From: Nitrospinota bacterium | GTDB taxonomy: Bacteria > UBA8248 | Direction of reading: 5' to 3' | Length of the DNA: 38,286 nt | Assembly (NCBI GenBank): GCA_030754595.1 | Contig: JASLZZ010000127.1 | Span: forward strand, 1-38,286 | In this document: piece after piece, positions 17,530-27,013 of the stretch | Layout of the letters: each line of letters begins with the position of its first letter | Numbering within the stretch: the first letter of the stretch is position 1 | Program-made: the position numbers and the translations under genes | Notes under the pieces: model-generated | Database searches by the model: none | What the model was told of the DNA's origin: nothing | What the model saw: only the letters and a program-made list of their open reading frames with translations

Positions 17530-18711
17530 CTAGCTCATGACTGCCTGGAACAGGTAGCCCGCGAGCAGGGCCCCGACGATGCCGACGCTGAGGTAGTAGA
17601 AGAAAAGCGGTTTCTTCACCATCACCCAGACCGTCATCATGCAGGGAATCGTGGTGACCGGCCCCGCGACCAGGAAGGCCATCGCCGCGCCGGGAGACAT
17701 GCCGCTCGATACGAGCCCCTGCGTGATGGGGATGGAGGCCACTCCCGAGGTGTAAAGGGGGATGCCGATGGCCGTCGCAAGGGGAATGGCGAAGGGCTGA
17801 TCGCCGCCGAGGGCGGCGCTGATCCATGACTGATCGACGTAATGAACGATGACCGCCTCGATGATGAACGCAAGGGTCAGCCATTTTCCCAGGAAAAGGG
17901 AGACGCCGCCGGCCTCGACGAAAAACCTCCTCAAGCGCGTGGGTTGGTAGGAGACGCCGGAAAAAGAAACCTCCGGCGCGGGGCCGCAACATGAGTCGGC
18001 CTGGGCGAGCCCCCGAAGCTGATTTTGAAGATAGCCGCGCGAGATGAGCGCCGAGACCATGTACCCCGAACCCGCTCCGAGCAAAATAGCCGCGGCGAGG
18101 CGCCCCGCCGCATAGTCGACCCCCAGCGTTCCCGAGGTGAGCAGGAACATTTCCGGGCTCATCAGGGGCGAACTGATCCAGAAGGCCATGATCGGGGCGA
18201 GAGGTACGCCTCCGGTCAGCATGGCCGCGATTAGGGGAAGAACCCCGCAAGCGCAAAACGGGACCGTGGCGCCGGCCAGCGCCGCTCCCGCGACCGCCAC
18301 CTTTTCCTGGCGCGTGAATACCGCCCTGATTTTCTCCGAAAAGCCAGAGACGGTCGCCCAGGCGGAGGCGGATACGCTGATCAAGACATAGGGCAGGATT
18401 TCCCAAATTTGATTGGCGACGAAAGCGATGTTTTTCCATATCTCACCGCTCAGTTTATCAAAGGCAGCCGCCGGAAGAATCAGGAAGGCCAGAACCGCCG
18501 CCCCCGCAAACGCAAATGCTCCGGCGGCGAGCCAGCTCCAGTTCGTCGCGGGCAGGGCGCCTGAAAAACCATCGGCCGCAGGTGCGCCGTTTACGGCGGC
18601 TGCCGAGCAGCAGCCGGCCTCTTCGACCGGGGTATTAACTTCTCCGCAACAAGCGGCGGGGGCCTCTACGGGAGTCTCGACAGGAACTGGGGCTTTCGAT
18701 TCCGTCGTCAT
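17530..18711 (-). CDS. ArsP/DUF318-family permease with a Cys-pair-rich N-terminus
   Basis: PFCACGVLPL, MAFWISSPLMSP, IGIPLY and GMSPGAAMAFLVAGP are DUF318 motifs. CC pairs occur at AACCG, AGCCS and DSCCG. Confidence 0.85.
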   Translation of the reverse strand: MTTESKAPVPVETPVEAPAACCGEVNTPVEEAGCCSAAAVNGAPAADGFSGALPATNWSWLAAGAFAFAGAAVLAFLILPAAAFDKLSGEIWKNIAFVANQIWEILPYVLISVSASAWATVSGFSEKIRAVFTRQEKVAVAGAALAGATVPFCACGVLPLIAAMLTGGVPLAPIMAFWISSPLMSPEMFLLTSGTLGVDYAAGRLAAAILLGAGSGYMVSALISRGYLQNQLRGLAQADSCCGPAPEVSFSGVSYQPTRLRRFFVEAGGVSLFLGKWLTLAFIIEAVIVHYVDQSWISAALGGDQPFAIPLATAIGIPLYTSGVASIPITQGLVSSGMSPGAAMAFLVAGPVTTIPCMMTVWVMVKKPLFFYYLSVGIVGALLAGYLFQAVMS

Positions 18712-19205
18712 GATTTAACGGCCCCCTCCGATTCGGCCGAAGCGGCGCCGGCGAGGCGCTCGAGTGCTTTTATGAAATTCTCACCCTCCCCGGCCGGCAG
18801 GTGTTCGATGAGCCGCCCCTCGCGCTCGGCGCATTCGCACTGAATCTTTTCCCACAGCGCGACGCCATCTACGGTCGGCTTGAGGCAGCATACGCGCCGG
18901 TCGCCCGGTTTTTGCTCCCGTTTGACGAGTCCGCGCTCCACCAGCGGCTCCGAGCAGCGGGTCAGCCCGCTGGGGGTCAGGCCGAGTTTCGAGGCGAGGA
19001 ACCCCATCGTCAGCGGCTCCGGGGGCTCCTCGCATAGCGCGTGAATCAGGTTCCACTGGGTCAGGGTGATGTCGTGGTAGCAGACGGCATCCTTGTCGAT
19101 GGGGTGAAGGATCGACCAGAGCCGGTGGAGGGCCTGATGAAACCGGTGGCCGAGTTCCTCGCCTTGGTCGGTCAATTTAAGAGTATTCTTTTCCGTGGTC
19201 GGCAT
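18708..19205 (-). CDS. MarR-family transcriptional regulator, Cys-rich
   Basis: ITLTQW, LTMGFLASKLGLTPSGLTR..LVERGLVKR..PGDRRV winged helix. ATGA overlap with the permease gene. Confidence 0.9.
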   Translation of the reverse strand: MPTTEKNTLKLTDQGEELGHRFHQALHRLWSILHPIDKDAVCYHDITLTQWNLIHALCEEPPEPLTMGFLASKLGLTPSGLTRCSEPLVERGLVKREQKPGDRRVCCLKPTVDGVALWEKIQCECAEREGRLIEHLPAGEGENFIKALERLAGAASAESEGAVKS

Positions 19206-19302
19206 CGTAAAAAAACCTCTCTAAAACAACCTTATCTAACGGAAGCGGCCCTGATTTAACGAAAATACTAAACGGAAACGGCCCGGTACCTTTATCCGGT
19301 CA

Positions 19303-19349
19303 ATATTTGATTCAATCAAGTATATATCCTCATCCCGCTAATTCGTCAA
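19303..19349 (-). promoter_or_regulatory. marR promoter with an overlapping palindromic operator
   Basis: Minus-strand TTGACG (19349-19344), 17 nt, TATATA (19326-19321). The inverted repeat ATATTTGAT-TCA-ATCAAGTAT (19303-19323, one mismatch) overlaps the -10/TSS region, as is typical of MarR autoregulation. Confidence 0.65.
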
Positions 19350-19398
19350 GACATTCCAGCACTTTTTTTCTTTTTTTTTAGGGGACCTCTCATTTTTA

Positions 19399-19462
19399 GG
19401 GGACCCCCGCCCGGCCTGCAGGGACCCCCGCCCGGCCCGCAGGGACCCTCGCCCGAGGCCGC
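19399..19462. repeat. 21-bp GC-rich tandem repeat, 3 copies
   Basis: ggggacccccgcccggcctgc / agggacccccgcccggcccgc / agggaccctcgcccgaggccgc. Confidence 0.85.
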
Positions 19463-19585
19463 GTTTAAATGTAACCTAGAGTCATTCAACCTAAGAAAAA
19501 TGCTGGCAACCCCAGAAAAACCCTGGAGCCGGACAGGGGGGATAGAGCCCCCCCGTCAAACCGCTCCTTAAAAGGAGAAACGTCC

Positions 19586-20698
19586 TTGAAAGCGCTCATT
19601 ATCTGCATCGACGGGGGCGACCCCGCCTATTTCGAGACGGCCCCGACCCCGAACCTCGACCGCCTCGGCGCGGAGGGCCAAAGACTTTTCGTGAAGGCCC
19701 AGATGCCTACCGTCACCAACGTGAACAACGTCTCGCTCATCTGCGGCGGCCCGCCCTCCATGCACGGCATCACGGCCAACTATTTCCTGAATCCCGAAAC
19801 CGGCGAGGAGGTTTATATGGAATCGGGCGACTTTCTCCTCTCGCCCACCTTGATGGAGATGGGGGCCGCGGCCGGGCGCAGGACGGCCGCTCTGGCCTCG
19901 AAGAAAAAACTCACCGACATGATCGGAAAAGGAGCGGATACGGTTATCACCGCCGAGGAGCCGCCCGAGTGGCTAATCGACCGCGCCGGTCCGAAAGAGG
20001 AAATCTATAGCGCCGAGGTGAACTTTTGGCTTCTCCGCGCGGCGCGGGCCGTTGTCGAGGAAAAAGCGCCCGAGCTCTTCTACGTCACGACAACCGATTT
20101 CAGCCAGCATAAATTCGGCCCCGAAACCCCCGAGGGGCAGGAGCATCTATCCACCATCGATGAGGAGATCGGACGCCTGGCCGACGCCTGGGCCGGGATC
20201 CACCCGGAGGGCGCGATCTTCGTCACCGCCGACCACGGAATGCGCCAGAAAACGCGGGCCATCGACCCCGGCGTTGTCCTGAGAGGGCGCGGAATCGCCG
20301 CCGAGGCGGTGCCCATCATCAAGGACCGCTACGTCGTCCACCACGGCAACCAGGGCGGCGCGGCTTATGTTCACTTGGGCGAAGGGGCGTCCCTGGATGA
20401 GGCCGCCGCCATCCTGAACGAAGTGCCGGGGATCGATGGCGCGCTCCCGAGAGAAGAGGCCGCCGGGCGGTTCCGGCTCCTGCCCGCGCGCATGGGCGAG
20501 ATCATGGTCATCGCCGACGAGGACACCGTATTCGGGGTGATGGACGAGGCTGAGCGCGAGGTGAATTTAAGGAGCCACGGTTCGGTTCACGAGCAGACCG
20601 TGCCACTTTTTTCGTGGAACGCTCCGTTTTTCGATCCGGGCGAGGAGGCGAGCCACTACGACGCCGTGCGCTCGATGATGAACGGGCTGGAAGGGTAG
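19586..20698 (+). CDS. phnA: Phosphonoacetate hydrolase-like enzyme (alkaline phosphatase superfamily)
   Basis: ICIDGG, nucleophile region PTVTNVNNVSLICG.PPSMHGI, YVTTTDFSQHK, TADHGM, YVVHHG and LRSHGS match the PhnA pattern. TTG start after AAGGAG. Confidence 0.8.
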   Translation: MKALIICIDGGDPAYFETAPTPNLDRLGAEGQRLFVKAQMPTVTNVNNVSLICGGPPSMHGITANYFLNPETGEEVYMESGDFLLSPTLMEMGAAAGRRTAALASKKKLTDMIGKGADTVITAEEPPEWLIDRAGPKEEIYSAEVNFWLLRAARAVVEEKAPELFYVTTTDFSQHKFGPETPEGQEHLSTIDEEIGRLADAWAGIHPEGAIFVTADHGMRQKTRAIDPGVVLRGRGIAAEAVPIIKDRYVVHHGNQGGAAYVHLGEGASLDEAAAILNEVPGIDGALPREEAAGRFRLLPARMGEIMVIADEDTVFGVMDEAEREVNLRSHGSVHEQTVPLFSWNAPFFDPGEEASHYDAVRSMMNGLEG

Positions 20699-20740
20699 GG
20701 GCGGGTTGATTTTCCGTTTCAAATAAAGGGGGCGTTATCC

Positions 20741-21369
20741 TTGCCGCTTATCGATCTGACGGTTCCGCTTCGCGAGGGGATGCCGGTCTGGCCGGGCGAT
20801 TCGGTCCCCCGCATCAGCTACCAGCGATCTTTCGAGGCGGGAGATAAAAACAACGTCTCCTCGGTGGCGATGGGTCTTCACACCGGAACCCACATGGACG
20901 CGCCCAAGCATTTTATTCCCGGCGCGGGCGGGATGGAAACGCTGCCGCTCGATACGATCATAGGCCCCGCCCGCGTGATCGAGATCGAAAACCCTGACCG
21001 GGTGGAGGCAGAGGAGTTGAGGGGAAAAAACATCGGCGGCGCGACGCGGGTTTTGATTAAAACGCGAAATCCCGGCGCGCGGTGGTGGGAAAAACCCTTC
21101 GACCCCGATTTTGTCACATGACGGAAGAGGCGGCGCGGGTGCTGCTCGGCGCGGGAATGCAACTGCTCGGCGTGGATTGCCTGTCCGTCGATGGGTATGC
21201 GGCCGATGCCTCACCCGTGCACAATCTTCTGCTGCCCGCCGGGGCGGTGCTGCTCGAGGGCCTGAATCTATCGGACGCCCCTCCGGGCGATTACGAACTT
21301 TTCGCGCTGCCCGCCCTTTTCGAGGACCGGGACGGCGCCCCGGCAAGAGCGGTGTTGCGAGCCCTTTAG
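20741..21369 (+). pseudogene. Cyclase-family metallohydrolase (kynurenine formamidase KynB-like), frameshifted
   Basis: MPVWPGD and HTGTHMDAPKH lie in one frame; GVDCLSVD, VHNLLL, LEGLNL and DGAPARAVL lie in another. Adding one T to the T4 run at 21109-21112 gives PDFCHMTEEAA and joins them. This could be a read error. Confidence 0.85.
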
Positions 21370-21390
21370 CTTTCAGACGGGAGTTTTCCA

Positions 21391-22557
21391 TTGGACTTTC
21401 AGTTGAGTGAGCAGGACAGACTGCTCCAGCAGACGGCCAGGGATCTCGCCCTGCGCGAGTTTCAGGAGACGGCCTACAACTATGTGAAAACCGAGGAATA
21501 CCCCCGCCGCTCGATGAAGGTGCTCGCCGACCGGGGGATGATGGGAATGACGGTCGCCGGGCCCCACGGCGGGGGGCGCCCGCTCCTTGAGGCTTGTCTC
21601 GTGATGGAGCAGATTTCTCAAATCTGCCCGCACAGCGGCGATGTCGTCCAGATGGGGAACATGGGTCCCGTCCGGGTGATCGACGAATTGGGAACCGAAG
21701 CGCAAAAGGCCCGCTTTCTCCCCCAAATTTGTGCCGGCGAGAAGATCATCGCCATCTCGATGAGCGAACCCGACGCCGGCTCCGCCGCGACCGATCTGAA
21801 GACAACCGCCCGCTACGACGGCGACAGCGTCATCGTCAACGGGCAAAAAGCCTTTTCGTCGAACTCCCCGCACGCCGATCTTTTCGTCGTCTACGTGCGT
21901 TTCGGCCCGAGGACGAAGGATTGCGGCGCGGTTGTCGTCGAGACCGGAACCCCCGGCTTCACGAAAGGAAAGACCGAGCGGTATATGAGCGGGGAGGCGC
22001 ACTGTGTTCTTCACTTCGACGACGCTCGAATCCCGAAGGAAAACGTACTCATCGATAGCGAGGGTTTCCGGGTGCTCATGCCGGTCTTCAACGTCGAGCG
22101 GCTCGGTAACGCGACCCGGTGTCTCGCCCTCGCCCAGGCCGCCTACGACATGACCGTAGAGCACACCCGGACGCGGCATCAGTTCGGCCGCCCGCTGTGC
22201 GAGTTTCAGGGGGTGCAGTGGATGGTGGCGGACATGCGGGTCAAGCTCGAGGCCGCGCGGCTCTTACTCTACCGGGCGCTCTCGAATGCCAGGGACGGCC
22301 TTCCCTCGGCCGTCGAAACCACCTCGGCCAAGCTTTATTGTAACGAGATGGCGCGGCAGGTGGCCGACGATGCGGTTCAGCTGCACGGCGCCTACGGGTT
22401 TTCCACCGAGATGCCGCTCGAGTATCTCTACCGGAAGATCAGGGGTTGGTCGATCGCGGGAGGTACGGTCCAGATTCTCCGCAATCGGCTGGCGAGCGAA
22501 ATTTACGGCCGGAACTTCAGCCAGCGCCCTCCGCGCCCGTCCCCCAGCCCGGAATAG
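21391..22557 (+). CDS. Acyl-CoA dehydrogenase family protein
   Basis: MSEPDAGS, NGQKAF, FNVERLG, RHQFGRPLCEFQGVQW, QLHGAYG and IAGGT motifs. TTG start after GGGAG. Confidence 0.93.
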   Translation: MDFQLSEQDRLLQQTARDLALREFQETAYNYVKTEEYPRRSMKVLADRGMMGMTVAGPHGGGRPLLEACLVMEQISQICPHSGDVVQMGNMGPVRVIDELGTEAQKARFLPQICAGEKIIAISMSEPDAGSAATDLKTTARYDGDSVIVNGQKAFSSNSPHADLFVVYVRFGPRTKDCGAVVVETGTPGFTKGKTERYMSGEAHCVLHFDDARIPKENVLIDSEGFRVLMPVFNVERLGNATRCLALAQAAYDMTVEHTRTRHQFGRPLCEFQGVQWMVADMRVKLEAARLLLYRALSNARDGLPSAVETTSAKLYCNEMARQVADDAVQLHGAYGFSTEMPLEYLYRKIRGWSIAGGTVQILRNRLASEIYGRNFSQRPPRPSPSPE

Positions 22558-22565
22558 CCCGCCCG

Positions 22566-24731
22566 ATGAACGCAGATTCCACGAAAAAAACGCGGGAGCT
22601 GATTGGCCGCCTTCTTTCCCCGGAATCGATTGCCATCGTCGGCGCCTCCGCAGACCTTGAGCGCTTTAACGGGCGGGTGGTGAAAAACCTTCTGCGCCAC
22701 GGTTACCCGGGAAAAGTGTATCCGGTCAATCCGAAATACGATGAAGTGGCCGGGCTTCCCTGCTACGCATCGGTCGGCGATCTGCCCGAGGCCCCCGAAA
22801 CCGTGTTTATTTCGGTCGGAAGGGAGCGCGTCCTCGGCGTGTTCCGGGAGTGCGCCGCCCTCGGCACCCCGACGGCTACGATCTATTCGGCGGGATTCTC
22901 CGAGTTCGACGACGAGGGCGGCCGCATCGAGGCCGAAATCGCCCGAATCGCCGCGGACGCCGGGATGAGGGTGTGCGGCCCGAACACGGCGGGCTATCAC
23001 AACTTCGGCGGCCGCGTGCAACTCGCGGGAATTATCGCGATGGATGTGGAGCGTCTCGTGCCCGGCGCGGTCGGGGTGATCTGTCAGAGCGGGAGTATCG
23101 GCGGGGCGCTCATCTCCCGCGCGACCCACCGGGGGATCGGGTTCAGTTACCTGATCTCGTGCGGAAACGAGATGGACCTCGAGATGGCCGACTATATGGA
23201 TTTTCTCGTCGCGGACAGCGCCACGCGATCGATAGCGATTTATCTCGAGGGCCTGAAAAACCCCGAAAAATTCCTCGCCGCCGCCCAAAGAGCGCTCGAG
23301 GCGGGAAAGCCCGTCGTGGTCTGCAAGGTGGGCCGCACCTCGGCCGGCCGCGCGGCCGCCGTCAGTCATACCGGTGCGCTCGTGGGGGAGGACCGCGCCT
23401 ACGGCGCCGCCTTCCGCCAGGTGGGTATTACCCGCGTGGACGGGCTCGAGGCGCTTTTCGAGGTGGCGCATATGTTCGCCACCACTCCGTTTCCCCGAGG
23501 GAGGCGGGTGGGCATCCTCACGACCTCGGGCGGAGCCGGGGCGCTCGTGGCCGATGAGTGCGGCGGGCTCGGCCTCGAGGTGCCGCCCTTCGGCGAGGAG
23601 CTCGAGGCGCGAATACTCAAAACCCTTCCCGATTTCATCGGGGTCTCGAACCCCATCGATACGACCATCGCCGGGATCAACTCGTTTCAGGAAATTCTCC
23701 GGGCGCTTCTCGGCGAGGCGGGTTTTGACATCCTCGTCGCCATCGTGGGGTCGAGTGCGCAGTTCCGGCACGGGATCGCCGTCGATCCCCTCGTCCGCGC
23801 AAAAGATGGCGGCCTGGCCGGGGATACCCCCCTACTGACCTATTTCAATCCATACTCCGAGGAAGCTCACCGGAAAATGGCGGCGGCGGAAATTCCCTCC
23901 TTCAACACGACGGAGGGCGCGGCGCGGGCGGCGGGCTATTTGTCGCGTTACGCCGAGTTTTCACAAAGGCGGAGAAGTGAAGACCCCCCGCCGCGGGCGG
24001 TGGAGACTCCCGCCGAGGCTCAACTAATCCTTTCAGGAGCCACCGGCTCAGCGGGAGCTATCGGCGAGGCGGGCGGGCTGGCGCTGGCCGAGGCTTTTGG
24101 CATCCGGGCGGTTCCCCGGCGGCTCTGCGCCGGGGTTGAGGAGGCCGCCGCCGCCGCGGGAGAGCTGGGCTATCCCGTTGTGCTCAAGGTGTCGTCCCTC
24201 GAAGTTTCCCATAAAACCGAACTCGGCCTCGTTTCGGAGGGTCTATCCGATGAAGCCTCTCTCCGGGAGGCGTTTTCTTCGTTATCGGAAAATTCGAGGC
24301 GGGCGAATTTGAGGAAGGTGGACGGGTATCTCGTCCAGAGACTGATCAGGAGCGGTGAGGAGTTTTTGGTCGGAATGGTGCGCGATCCGCAGTTCGGGGC
24401 GCTCATCACGGTCGGGTTGGGGGGAGCCGCCGCCGAAGCGGTGGGGGATGTGAGCGTTCGCCTGGCGCCGGTGTCTGAGGGCGAGGCGGACGCCATGCTG
24501 AACGAGCTTCGGGGAAGAAGGCTGCTGGACGCTTTCCGGGGCCGGGGGGGCCTTGATAGGAGCGATCTCATCGAGGTTATCCGTCGTTTCAGCTTGCTCG
24601 TGGCGTCCCTGGGGGAGCGGCTGGCCGAGGCGGATTTGAACCCGGTATTCGTCCTGCCGGAGGGCGAGGGGGCTTGGGCGGCCGATGCGTTATTTATCCT
24701 CTCTGACTCCGAATTGGGGCGGATTCAGTAA
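22566..24731 (+). CDS. ADP-forming acyl-CoA synthetase (acetate-CoA ligase family, fused alpha/beta)
   Basis: SIAIVGAS, VYPVNP, GPNTAG, QSGSIG, phospho-His motif SHTGAL, GYPVVLK, HKTELG and DLNPV. Start reassigned to ATG22566. Confidence 0.92.
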   Translation: MNADSTKKTRELIGRLLSPESIAIVGASADLERFNGRVVKNLLRHGYPGKVYPVNPKYDEVAGLPCYASVGDLPEAPETVFISVGRERVLGVFRECAALGTPTATIYSAGFSEFDDEGGRIEAEIARIAADAGMRVCGPNTAGYHNFGGRVQLAGIIAMDVERLVPGAVGVICQSGSIGGALISRATHRGIGFSYLISCGNEMDLEMADYMDFLVADSATRSIAIYLEGLKNPEKFLAAAQRALEAGKPVVVCKVGRTSAGRAAAVSHTGALVGEDRAYGAAFRQVGITRVDGLEALFEVAHMFATTPFPRGRRVGILTTSGGAGALVADECGGLGLEVPPFGEELEARILKTLPDFIGVSNPIDTTIAGINSFQEILRALLGEAGFDILVAIVGSSAQFRHGIAVDPLVRAKDGGLAGDTPLLTYFNPYSEEAHRKMAAAEIPSFNTTEGAARAAGYLSRYAEFSQRRRSEDPPPRAVETPAEAQLILSGATGSAGAIGEAGGLALAEAFGIRAVPRRLCAGVEEAAAAAGELGYPVVLKVSSLEVSHKTELGLVSEGLSDEASLREAFSSLSENSRRANLRKVDGYLVQRLIRSGEEFLVGMVRDPQFGALITVGLGGAAAEAVGDVSVRLAPVSEGEADAMLNELRGRRLLDAFRGRGGLDRSDLIEVIRRFSLLVASLGERLAEADLNPVFVLPEGEGAWAADALFILSDSELGRIQ

Positions 24732-24904
24732 TTATTAGGTGCCAGCGGACCGAATCACTGACCAAACCCTATTTTTATTAGTACATGGGCATGAATTTAG
24801 TTGAATCTTCCTTAAATCCGAATAGAATAGTATCCATCTTGCGACATTCATATATTTAGGGTTTTCAAGGACTTTGGCCCTTGCGCATTCATGGGGACGA
24901 AAGG

Positions 24905-25903
24905 TTGCCCAAGCTTCTCGAAATCGAAGATCTGAAGACTCAATTCTTTACTTCCGCCGGGACCGTACGGGCCGTGGACGGTATTTCCTACGATGTCGAG
25001 GAGGGCGAGACCGTCGCCCTGGTTGGCGAATCCGGCTGCGGCAAATCCGTGAGCGCGCTCTCGGTCCTGAGACTGATTCCGGATCCCCCGGGAGAAATTG
25101 TCGATGGAAGCGTTCGTTTCATGGGTGAGGATTTATTGAAGCTCGACGACGATGCTATCCGGCACGTCCGGGGCCGCCAAATCTCCATGGTGTTTCAGGA
25201 ACCGATGACATCTCTGAACCCGGTGTTGACGATAGGGCTTCAACTCACCGAAACCATGGAGCACCATCTCGGTCTGAGCCGGGAGGAAGCCACCCGGAAG
25301 GCGGCCGAGTATCTCGATTTGGTCGGTATCGGGGATGCCGACCGCCGTCTCCAGCAATACCCCCACCATCTGAGCGGAGGTATGCGCCAGAGGGTGATGA
25401 TCGCGATGGCGCTTTGCTGCGAGCCGAGAATCATCATCGCCGACGAACCGACCACGGCGCTCGACGTCACCATACAGGCCCAGATTCTCGAGGTCATGAA
25501 AGATCTGAGCAATCGCCTTGGCGTGGCGCTCATCATCATCACCCATAATCTTGGCGTGGTGGCGCGCTATGCCGATCGCGTAAATGTCATGTACGCGGGC
25601 AAGATAATCGAACGCGCATCCGCCCGTGAGATTTATAAAAACCCGAAGCATCCCTACACCCTGGGGCTCCTGAATTCGGTGCCGCGCCTCGATCTTCCCC
25701 GGCGGGACAAACTCGATCCGATCGAGGGCCAGCCGCCCGATCTGACAAAGCTCCCCGAAGGGTGCGCCTTCCGGGCGCGTTGCCGCTTCGCGGTGGATCG
25801 ATGCGCCTCCGAGGTTCCTCGGCTCGAAGAGGTCGGCGGCGGGCATCTTTCGGCCTGCTGGGAGAAAAGCAACCTCCGGAAAACGGCGGAGGCCGTCTCA
25901 TGA
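24905..25903 (+). CDS. oppD: Oligopeptide/dipeptide ABC transporter ATP-binding protein (OppD/DppD)
   Basis: [40 protein letters not shown] and C-terminal Fe-S Cys motif GCAFRARC. Likely TTG start at 24905. Confidence 0.95.
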   Translation: MPKLLEIEDLKTQFFTSAGTVRAVDGISYDVEEGETVALVGESGCGKSVSALSVLRLIPDPPGEIVDGSVRFMGEDLLKLDDDAIRHVRGRQISMVFQEPMTSLNPVLTIGLQLTETMEHHLGLSREEATRKAAEYLDLVGIGDADRRLQQYPHHLSGGMRQRVMIAMALCCEPRIIIADEPTTALDVTIQAQILEVMKDLSNRLGVALIIITHNLGVVARYADRVNVMYAGKIIERASAREIYKNPKHPYTLGLLNSVPRLDLPRRDKLDPIEGQPPDLTKLPEGCAFRARCRFAVDRCASEVPRLEEVGGGHLSACWEKSNLRKTAEAVS

Positions 25904-26928
25904 GCGCCACGAGAGCGGCCCAGACCTTCGCCGGAGCATCGAACGGCGGCCGGGGGGATACGCTCGTCGAGGTGAATAACCTCAAGATGTATTTCCCCAT
26001 CACCGAGGGAATTCTGATCCAGACCCATGCCGGTTTCGTGAAGGCCGTGGACGGAATCAGCTTCATGATAAAAAAAGGGGAGACTCTAGGGCTTGTCGGT
26101 GAATCCGGATGCGGGAAGACAACGACTGGCCGGTGCATCCTCCAACTGGAGAACCCCACCGCGGGGGAGATCAAGTTCGATGGCGTCGAGTTGACCTCGC
26201 TCGATGCACGCCAGCTTCGCGATGTACGACGAAAAATTCAGGTGATTTTCCAGGACCCCTACAGTTCGCTCAACCCCCGGATGAAAGTGGGCGATATCAT
26301 CGGTGAGCCGATGTATGTCCATGGCCTCGAGCCCGACAAGGAGAAACGCCGCAAGCGGGTGCGGGAGCTGCTCACCACCTGCGGCCTCAGGCCGGAAATG
26401 GACGATCGCTACCCCCACGAAATGAGCGGCGGCCAGCGTCAACGGGTGGGGATCGCCCGGGCTTTGGCCCTCGAACCCGAGTTCATCATATGCGACGAGC
26501 CGGTTTCGGCTCTCGATGTGTCGATTCAGGCCCAGGTGATCAACCTGCTCGAGGATTTGCGCGATAAATTCAATCTCACCTACCTGTTTATCGCCCACGA
26601 TCTGAGCGTTGTCCGCCATCTGTGCCACCGCGTGGCGGTGATGTATCTGGGCAAAATTGTCGAATTGGCGGAATGCGACGAGTTATACGATAATCCGATG
26701 CATCCATATACGAAGGCCCTCCTTTCCGCCGTCCCGGTCCCGGACCCGGAAATCGAGGAAGAACGCCAGAGAATTATTGTCTCGGGGGAAATCCCAAGCC
26801 CCATCAACCCCCCGAGCGGTTGCGTGTTCAACCCGCGGTGCTCCATCGCGGCGGATGGTTGCAGGGGCGAGGTTCCTGTGCTCCGGGAGCTTAAGCCCGG
26901 TCACTGGGTGGCCTGCCCCGAGGTGTAG
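25900..26928 (+). CDS. oppF: Oligopeptide/dipeptide ABC transporter ATP-binding protein (OppF/DppF)
   Basis: [38 protein letters not shown] and [10 protein letters not shown] motifs. ATGA overlap with oppD. Confidence 0.95.
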   Translation: MSATRAAQTFAGASNGGRGDTLVEVNNLKMYFPITEGILIQTHAGFVKAVDGISFMIKKGETLGLVGESGCGKTTTGRCILQLENPTAGEIKFDGVELTSLDARQLRDVRRKIQVIFQDPYSSLNPRMKVGDIIGEPMYVHGLEPDKEKRRKRVRELLTTCGLRPEMDDRYPHEMSGGQRQRVGIARALALEPEFIICDEPVSALDVSIQAQVINLLEDLRDKFNLTYLFIAHDLSVVRHLCHRVAVMYLGKIVELAECDELYDNPMHPYTKALLSAVPVPDPEIEEERQRIIVSGEIPSPINPPSGCVFNPRCSIAADGCRGEVPVLRELKPGHWVACPEV

Positions 26929-27013
26929 GGGAGAAAATTTCAAGGAGGTTGTTGAAAGCAGGTTTTTAACCGGGAGGGGTGGCCCTCTCTTTCGTTAGTT
27001 AGGAGGAACGAAA

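Noticed and set aside
19399..19462. CRISPR array (also considered for 2378-2440)
   Set aside because: The repeats are head-to-tail with no unique spacers, and there are no cas genes.
19469..19495. Pho box upstream of phnA (GTAAC...GTCAT)
   Set aside because: The half-sites are 10 nt apart rather than 11 and match the consensus weakly.
21391..22557. Calling the ACAD a 3-sulfinopropionyl-CoA desulfinase
   Set aside because: It keeps Glu in FNVERLG where, as I recall, the desulfinase has Gln, so only a family-level call is justified.
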